A stretch of DNA of 64,000 bases, taken from Chiloscyllium plagiosum (lineage: Eukaryota). Below are positions 56,719-64,000 of this stretch, one piece after another. A model generated the notes under the pieces. That model saw nothing but the letters and a program-made list of their open reading frames with translations. It did no database searches and had not been told where the DNA came from. Every line of letters starts with the position of its first letter. The stretch's first letter is position 1. A program made the position numbers and the translations under genes. The DNA lies in contig NC_057751.1 of NCBI RefSeq assembly GCF_004010195.1, forward strand, positions 7,060,133-7,124,132, in the 5' to 3' direction.

Positions 56719-58387
56719 AGCATCCAATTTGTGTGTCACAAAATTTTCAACATTCAGCTGCCTTTTTTGTCCATGCAACCTAATTCTTTTGTAGCTTATC
56801 TCCACAAATACTACTGATCTTTAATAAATATTATAGGTTGAGGGTATCGGGATAATTTCTGACTACAATGAGTCTCAAATAATTGCTCATGTTTATCTAG
56901 TGCTCTTAGTATAATGAAATATCTGGAGGCATAACACAAGAGCGTTGTCAGAAAAGTCAATATTAGAGCAGAGAACTAAAAGCTTGATGCGAGAGGTAGG
57001 TCCTTCAGAGCATACTAAAGGAAGAGAGTATTAGAGAGAGTTAGATAAGTTTGACAGTTTATATTTCAAGACCGAAGCAGAAGCAGTGAAGGCATGTTCC
57101 CCCAATAAAATAAGAGATTCTTCTAAAGCCCAAAGCTAGATAAGTCCAGATATTCTGGAAGGTTGTAAGGCTGGAGGGGAGAATTGAAAATTGGGTTGAG
57201 AATTTTACATTGTTTGAGCAACAGCTCATGAAGGACAACGAGCACCGGAGTGGTGGGTGAATGGGATGGAACTGTGACGTGGAGGAAGGGCGAGGTGAAT
57301 CCATGGCTCTCTCTAAAAAAATTATAAACAACTTTACAGACTAATGTATACAACATTTTGCCGACAGTGAGGACGTTTATGATTCGCACAGTCTTGTCGA
57401 TCAATTTTGGGGGAACTTATTTTCCTGGAAGGCTTTCGTGGAGCTTCACATGCTTTGGAGCTCCACGACTGGGTTGACATTTCTATCATTAAAGTGGTTT
57501 GTTAGCAGCTTGAGGGGAATGCTCATGGAGTAATGGAGAAATATAGGGGGCACAATTTCAAAGTAAGGGCTCTTCAATGTAAGATGAAGACAAGGAGGAA
57601 CTTCTTCTTTCAAAGGATTGTTCGTGTGCAGAATTCTCTTCCACAGAGAGTTTTGGAAGTTCTGTTATTGGATTGTACTCAAGTCTGACTTAGGCAAAAT
57701 GTTGCTTGACAAGGCAGTCAGGACTTAAGGAGAGAGATGAAAACTTGAAGTTTGGATCGCCATTTGATCAACTATGTTTTTGCATGGAGAGGGGACTTGA
57801 CTGGCTAAGTGGTCTACTTCTGATCCTAACTTTTATGTTTTTATGTGTGAGGAGACAGATATTGTCCCCAGCAACTGATTTGTGTATCACAAAATGTTCT
57901 GAGTTTAGCTGCCATTTTTTTGTCCATTAACCAAATTCTTTTGAAGATTCTCTCCACAAATAAGGATTAGTCTGGATCTTTATTTAAATGTAATCTTCCA
58001 ACCGCCAATTGTCAGTTGACTCTTTAAACTCTTGTCTGATAGTTTCCACAGAATTAAACTCGAAGCCACTCTACATTTCCATTTGTTAGTATTTGTTCAT
58101 GGAATGTGAGCAGTGCTGGTTAGGCCAGCATTTATTGCAAATCCCTAATTGCCCTTAACAGGGTAGTGATGAGCTACCTTCTTGAATTGCTACAGTTTGG
58201 GAGGTGTACACGTACCCACAGTGCAAATAGGATGGGAGTTCAGGATTTTGACCCAGCGGCCATGGAGGAACGACGATGAGGATAGTGAATGGCTTGAACA
58301 GAAACTTGCAAGCGGGGGTGATCCCATGCATCTACTGCCGTTGTCCCTCTCAGTGGTGGAGGTTATGGGTTTGGAATGTGCCGTTGA

Positions 58388-58705
58388 AGAGTCAATAAAG
58401 TGTGGCACTGGAAAAGCACAGCTGTTCAGGCAGCATCCGATGACCAGGACAGTCAACATTTCAGGCAGGGTCCTTCATCAGGACTGATGAAGGGTCCTGC
58501 CCTAAACATCGACTCTCCTGCTCCTTGGATGCTGTCTGACCTGCTGTGCTTTTTCCAGTGCCACACCTTATCGACTCTAACTCTTCAGCATCTGCAGACC
58601 TCACTGTCTCCAGAAAGGCTTTTGCCCGAAACGTCGATTTTACTGCTCCTCGGATGCTGCCTGAACTGCTGTGCTCTTCCAGCACCACTAATCCAGAATC
58701 TGGTT
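58388..58705. mobile_element. Family 1 Penelope fold-back plus an extra terminal-repeat piece
   Basis: Back-to-back cores TCCTTCATCAGGACTGATGAAGG; the minus copy has a 4-bp stem I (AGTC/GACT); second piece 58612-58705. Confidence 0.82.
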
Positions 58706-59005
58706 TCCAGCCTTGCCACAGAAGGAGACTGTGAATTACTCTGTTTTGCTCGGTTGTTACATTTCATGGCAATACAACGTCACTTTGCTTTCAGATGTGT
58801 TATTCAGGCATTTGATCATCAAAAATATATTCACTATGTGTCCTTGCAGTGTCATCTTCAATGTCATTAAATTCTCTCCCATCCTTCAGGTCCAGGGCTG
58901 CAGCAGAAGAAAAATAACTTGGTCTACTCTTGTTAATGTCAATGTATTTGTTTCGTATTACATATTTTCCTCAGGGAGTCTGATTCTGGCTTCTGTCTCC
59001 AGCAG

Positions 59006-59170
59006 GAATTTGCCTTTTCCCATATCTGGTGCAGGAACCAGCAGCCCCTGCCGTGTGCCTTTAGAGTGGAAAGATTCAACTCAGCTACCACACACTTCTC
59101 CTGCAAGATCTGCATCCGGCAGCTGAAAGGCGATGAGCAGATCTTTCACCTCAGCACCTCCATCTTTGAG
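59006..59170 (+). CDS. unc5d: UNC5D-like netrin receptor, coding exon (UPA domain end)
   Basis: ttctgtctccagcag|GAATTT...TTTGAG|gtaaac; 165 nt, phase 0/0; [55 protein letters not shown]. Alternative start at 59003 (tandem CAGCAG). Confidence 0.94.
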
Positions 59171-61452
59171 GTAAACTTCATAACAACATTTTTCCAGTGA
59201 GCATAGATTTCAGGTTGGACTTGATTCATTGTGGTAGCCAAGTTACAGAAGTAGTCCTGCGAAGGTGCCAGTGATTCAAGGTGTAGCTTACTGTACTTCA
59301 GGGCCAAATGTTCCAGATTCGAGTCCGAGGCCCTGAAACCTGATGACGAAGGAAACTGAGTTCATTACAAGGCCACGTGGGCTCAGCATCAACCTGCAAA
59401 TCCTTTCAACAAAAGCGATTGACTGGCAGTAGAAAGGGGAGCAACTCCTGGTCGACTGCATGAAGGAAAGAAGCTGGCACCTCAACCATCACCACCCATA
59501 GCTCCAGGTGACAAAGTACAAACTAAAGTGCATGTTGCCACAACAACTTGGATTCACTAGGTGAATTTTAACACACTCACTATCAGTGCAATGGAGATGG
59601 AGGCCTGTTGACCCATCAAATTACTTTCAAAGATAATCGCCAGCCTTACTCCCTGCTACTTTTCTCTCTTAAATACTTATTTGTCACTCCATTGACAGTT
59701 ACAATCGAATTGGTCTCAACGACTGTGACAAGCAGCAGAATAGAAATCCTAATCCTTTATTGCATCAGCTTTTTTCACCTGTCACCTCTGGTGCTTCTGC
59801 CAGTTGTCTAAAATCTGTGTTCTCTCCTAATCAATCCTACAACCACTGGGGTCAATTCTTTCATATTTCCTGGGCCGATGTCTGTCGTGATTTTAAACAA
59901 ACCTGTCAGGCAGAGAAGATACGTCTCCTTAGGTTGACAGTTTGTCTTGCTTTGTTATCTGTCTGATCCATCATGCTCTGACCTTTCTACCAGGTACCTC
60001 CTGAGGAGACAACTTCCAGCCTTGAAGCTTTGGCTCTTGAGCCAATTTCAAGCCCAGCTGGCTTCCACTGTTGAGTGTGGCCGCTCCCAATTCAATCTGT
60101 AAAGGAAAAAATCTTTCCCGGACTCTGTCCCTACTTTAAGTTAATACCATTCAAAGTTACATGGTACAGGGAAACATCCTAATGAAATTGTGGTATAGGT
60201 TTTCAACCATTCAACACAAGATTGGTGTTGCAGGTTTTCTGCTAATTATATGAAAGACACAACTTGATTGTTTTATATCCAGCAGCAAGGTTAAAGTCTA
60301 CCCTGGTGCAATGCATACAGCTTTAGCTATCAGCATGCTACAACCTTGGAAAGGTCACAGAGAATGTTTGCTATCATTGTACCTGGTGCCAAGGATGAAG
60401 GAGTTCAGTTCGCTGGAGAATTCATGTGAGCAGATGAGGAGTTGTTCGTATTCTCAAAGGGTTTTTGGAAGGGTAAACAAGGAGAAAATGTTTTCAGCGG
60501 CTGAAGCGTCGAAAGCTTGAGGATACAGATGGAAGATAATTGATGCAGGAGCCCAGAGGCATGAGGAGGAGTGTCACTTCACGGTGCAGCCTGGAACACG
60601 CTACCTGAAAATGTGGTGGAAACAGACACAACAATAACTTCCAAAATGAGTTTGTATCAGTCCTTGAAAGGAAAGATCTTGCAGGATGATGGTGTGAGGA
60701 CAGGGAATTGGGGTTCATTGTAAAGGTCTTTTAAACAACCTGCCACAGGCATGATGGGCTGAATGGCCCACTTCCTGTGCTGTACCATTCTATGAAATAT
60801 GCATTTTTATTTCAGGGCGAGATATACTTTTTCATATTCCTTACAAGAAGTTCTTGCAGGTTTTACTTTGTTTTTTATTACAAAGCATGTTGTGAAGGAG
60901 TCCACAATTTCAGATCCTTTGCTCACAAGGTGAAATAGTCCCAGTTGTGATTGTGCATGAGATCAAGTACATGATGACTAATTCTTCTGAATCTCAGCTA
61001 CACTGATTCTGCATTGTGACCCTTCCCTTCGACCTTGACAGGAGCTGCCTGACAGATTCGATCAGACTTGCATATGGATTAACTCAGGTTCTGCAGTGTC
61101 ATATATTTCTGCTAACATAGATCCAGATGCTCTGTGAAAATTTTCCATTTGCAGAGGATGATGTGTGTCCAGTGGTTAAATGAAGCTCAGCTCTTTACAA
61201 TATAGCCTCCTTCAGCCACACACTCACCAATATATAGGCAATCCTCAGCTGTACTTAATGACCATTTTATCAGAATACACATTCCACAATTAGTGTTTTC
61301 CAAACTGATGCATTATAAATGATCTTTCATAAACTTTATTAACAGGATGTGGGTATTGCTGGTAAGACCAACCACATATCTACCCAGCAACAAAATTGTC
61401 TACTTCCAGTTCCGTAATGTCACTTGTTTCTGCTCTATCTCAGACTATATAT

Positions 61453-61803
61453 CATAGAATCCCTACAATGTGGAAACAGGCTATTTGGCCCAACAAGTCC
61501 ACACCGACCCTCCGAAGAGTATCCCACCCAGACTACTCCCATTCTTACTCCCACTCCCATATTACTCGACATTTCCCCTGACTAATGCATCTAGCCTATA
61601 CATCCCTGAACAATATGGGCAATTTAGCATGGCTAATTCACCTAACCTGCATGTCTGGATTGTGGGAGGAAACCGGAGCACCTAGAGGAAACCCACACAG
61701 ACACAGGACAATGTTCAAACTCCATACAGATAGTCGCCCGAGGCTGGAATCAAACCCGGGTCCTTGGTGCTGTGAGGCAGCAGTGCTAACCACTGAGCCA
61801 CCC
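61453..61803 (-). mobile_element. HE1-type V-SINE
   Basis: CATAGAATCCCTACAATGTGGAAACAGG...GCTAACCACTGAGCCACC. Confidence 0.92.
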
Positions 61804-61869
61804 CAACAGATGACCAAAGCCCAGATCTGAAATGCCTTCTAATCTTTTAGTTCTGGAACTCACACACGG

Positions 61870-62077
61870 ATCCTTCAAAGAGCGACCCACCCCACCCCTG
61901 TAACTCTGCATTTCTCATGGCTACTCAACCTCACCTGCACAACTTTGGACTGTGGGAGGAAACCAGAGCACCTGGATAGACAAGGGGAGAATGTGCAAAC
62001 TCCACTCAGACAGCCGCCTGAGGGTGGAATCAAACCCGAGGCAGCTCTGCTAACCACCAACCCACTGTGCCACTCTG
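61870..62077 (-). mobile_element. HE1-type SINE, internally deleted
   Basis: GGACTGTGGGAGGAAACC...GTGCAAACTCCAC. Confidence 0.8.
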
Positions 62078-62305
62078 CTGATATCCTAATGCATTTTATC
62101 TCCAGAAGGATTCCAGAGTTGGATGATCAGCCGTGATCATAATAAACAGGGAACAGCTCGAAGGGATGAATGGTGTTCTCCTGCACCTATTTTTATGTTT
62201 CTATGGTTGAAGTATTTTGATGCTCTCCTGACCGGCATTCCTACTTTTCATATACTTCAGCTTATCCAAATTTCTGGAGTCAGTCATCGGAACTTGCAGC
62301 AATGA

Positions 62306-62508
62306 TGTGGAGATGCCAGTGTTGGATTGGCTTGGACAAAGTCAGAAGTCACACGACACCAGCTTATCGTCCATCAGGCTTACTTGAAATCACAAGCTTT
62401 TGGAGCACTGCCGCTTCGCCAGGTGACCACCTGGAGCACTGCTCTGAAAGCTTATGATTTCAAATAAACCTGTTGGACTATAACCTGGTGTCATGTCATT
62501 TTGAACTT
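62306..62508. mobile_element. Fourth Penelope-like fold-back family
   Basis: GACACCAG.TTATCGTCCA.CAGG..TTGAAATCACAAGCTTT inverted to AAAGCTTATGATTTCAA..CCTGTTGGACTATAACCTGGTGTC; decayed core with AGCT palindrome. Confidence 0.68.
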
Positions 62509-62889
62509 AGAGCAAGTCCAGATAACCCATCATCTCATGTTCACTGACTTCTCATTGGCTCCTCAGTTTTAAAATCCTCTTCCTCCCTCAATTTCAAATT
62601 TCTCCACCCCAACCCATCCCTGTCTCCCTGATTTCTTCCAGCTGCTATTTCTCCGAGATCACTGTGGAACTCCAATTCCGGCCTTGTAGTCATTTCCAAT
62701 TTTAGGTAATCCATAATAGTGCCATTGCATTCAGCTGTCCAGGCCCAAGGTTCCAGACTGACCTCCCTAAGGCTGTCTGCCTCTCTCTCTCTGTCCCTCC
62801 CCTTACGTATATTTTGAAACCTATCATATGGACTAATCTTTCTGTCATCTGTGTCAATGTTTCCAAACCAAATCTAAGATGCTTCTGAT

Positions 62890-64000
62890 AGAGTCATAAA
62901 GATGTACAGCACAGAAACAGACTTCAGTTCATCTCGTCCATACTGACTAGATATCCTGGTTACAACACGGGGTAAACCCCTCTGCTAATTTAAATGAGCA
63001 ACACAGAAAAGATTCACCCTGTGCTGTAATCTGTTAAAATTCGAGAGGCAAAGAACTATCTCAAGAGTCACTATTTAAAGTAAAAATTAACAACTTTTTA
63101 AAAAATCTAACAGAGAATAATTAGCTGGCAACTATTTACAACTCCTTTCTCTAAACCTATCTATTACCTTCCCCTCTGTAATACTGGTCCGATAAAAAAA
63201 TCATGATTACGATTTACAAAAAATAGAATCACATTTCAAAACCAGCCAGCTTTGCCGAATATCCTCTGTAGGTTTTCCTCTGTCTTCTCTTCTCTGCTTC
63301 CCAGCTCTTTGATGGATAAAGGTACCTTTAAGCGAGCAGATCTTTCAGCAAGCAGCCTCTCCAGTTGTTGGTGCTGGCTGCTCTTTGCTGCACTGGGTAA
63401 CTGTTCAGAATGTCTGATATTTATACCCCAAAACATCAGATCATTTCATTGGTTTTAACATTATCAAAATACTAAATTCAACTTGATTGGATTTTGGTAA
63501 CTTGGGGCATAATTTGAACTGATTGGCCAAATCAAAATTTGTTATTGTATTCTAGAAACATAGCTCTTAGCTGTTTGACCAAATGTCACATTGTTACCCT
63601 GTTCCGGACTCTCTGTGCATCTCTAAGTCCTTGCTAGCTTTTCAACTCTCTTAAAGGTATATTACCCCTACATCTTCATAACATCCCAAATTAATCTAGT
63701 CCCATTTGCCAGCATTTAGCCCATATCACTGTAAATCCTTCCAAATCATAAGCCCTTCTGGATCCCTTTTAAATGTTGTAATTGTACCAGTCTCCACCAC
63801 CTCCTCTATCAGCTCATTCCATACATGCACCACTTTCTGCATGAAAACGTTACCCCTCAGGTCCCTTTTAAATCTTTTCGCTCTCACTTTTGCCTTCTAG
63901 TTTTGGACTCCCCAACCCTGGCATAAAGACCTTGTTTATTTAGCTTATTCATGCCCCTCTTGATTTTATAAACTTCTACAAGGGTACCATTCAGCCTCCG
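62890..64000 (-). mobile_element. HER1/CR1 LINE 3' fragment interrupted by a solo LTR, runs off the window
   Basis: GAGTCATAAAGATGTACAGCACAGAAACAGAC... resumes at 63684. Confidence 0.88.
62958..63683. mobile_element. Solo LTR family B
   Basis: GGTTACAACAC...CTTCATAACA; flanks TCCT/TCCC; homologous to 10153-10907. Confidence 0.8.

Noticed and set aside
59335..59372. CTGATGA-cgaag-GAAAC hammerhead-like words in unique sequence
   Set aside because: Stem II would be 1 bp and no stem I pairing can be formed; probably chance.
59302..59510. GC-richer stretch after an ttcag acceptor, considered as the next unc5d (death-domain) exon
   Set aside because: Stops appear early in all three frames and there is no similarity to the expected AFKIP/DW motifs.

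Overview
Vertebrate genomic DNA, almost certainly from a shark: it is saturated with HE1-type V-SINEs, their partner HER1/CR1 LINEs and DeuSINE relics. The window lies inside one large + strand gene, a netrin receptor of the UNC5 family closest to UNC5D. Five coding exons (6475-6559, 25573-25741, 43033-43260, 50831-50980, 59006-59170; 797 nt) have canonical AG/GT sites and matching phases and encode the ZU5 and UPA domains. The extracellular, transmembrane and death-domain exons are not visible here. The 7.5-19 kb introns are mostly transposon debris: CR1 LINEs (one near full length with an esterase ORF1), a second CR1-group LINE whose 5' end is shared with a tRNA-headed SINE, solo LTRs of two families, a Tc1/pogo-type MITE, and many Penelope-like (GIY-YIG) pieces. 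The most striking non-coding signal is at least four Penelope-related families that each carry a minimal hammerhead-ribozyme core (CTGANGA-N-stem II-GAAA-palindrome). They mostly survive as short fold-back insertions with 9-16 bp target duplications. There is one assembly gap (53027-53579). Repeat boundaries are read by eye and approximate; family names come from recalled consensus motifs, not database searches.
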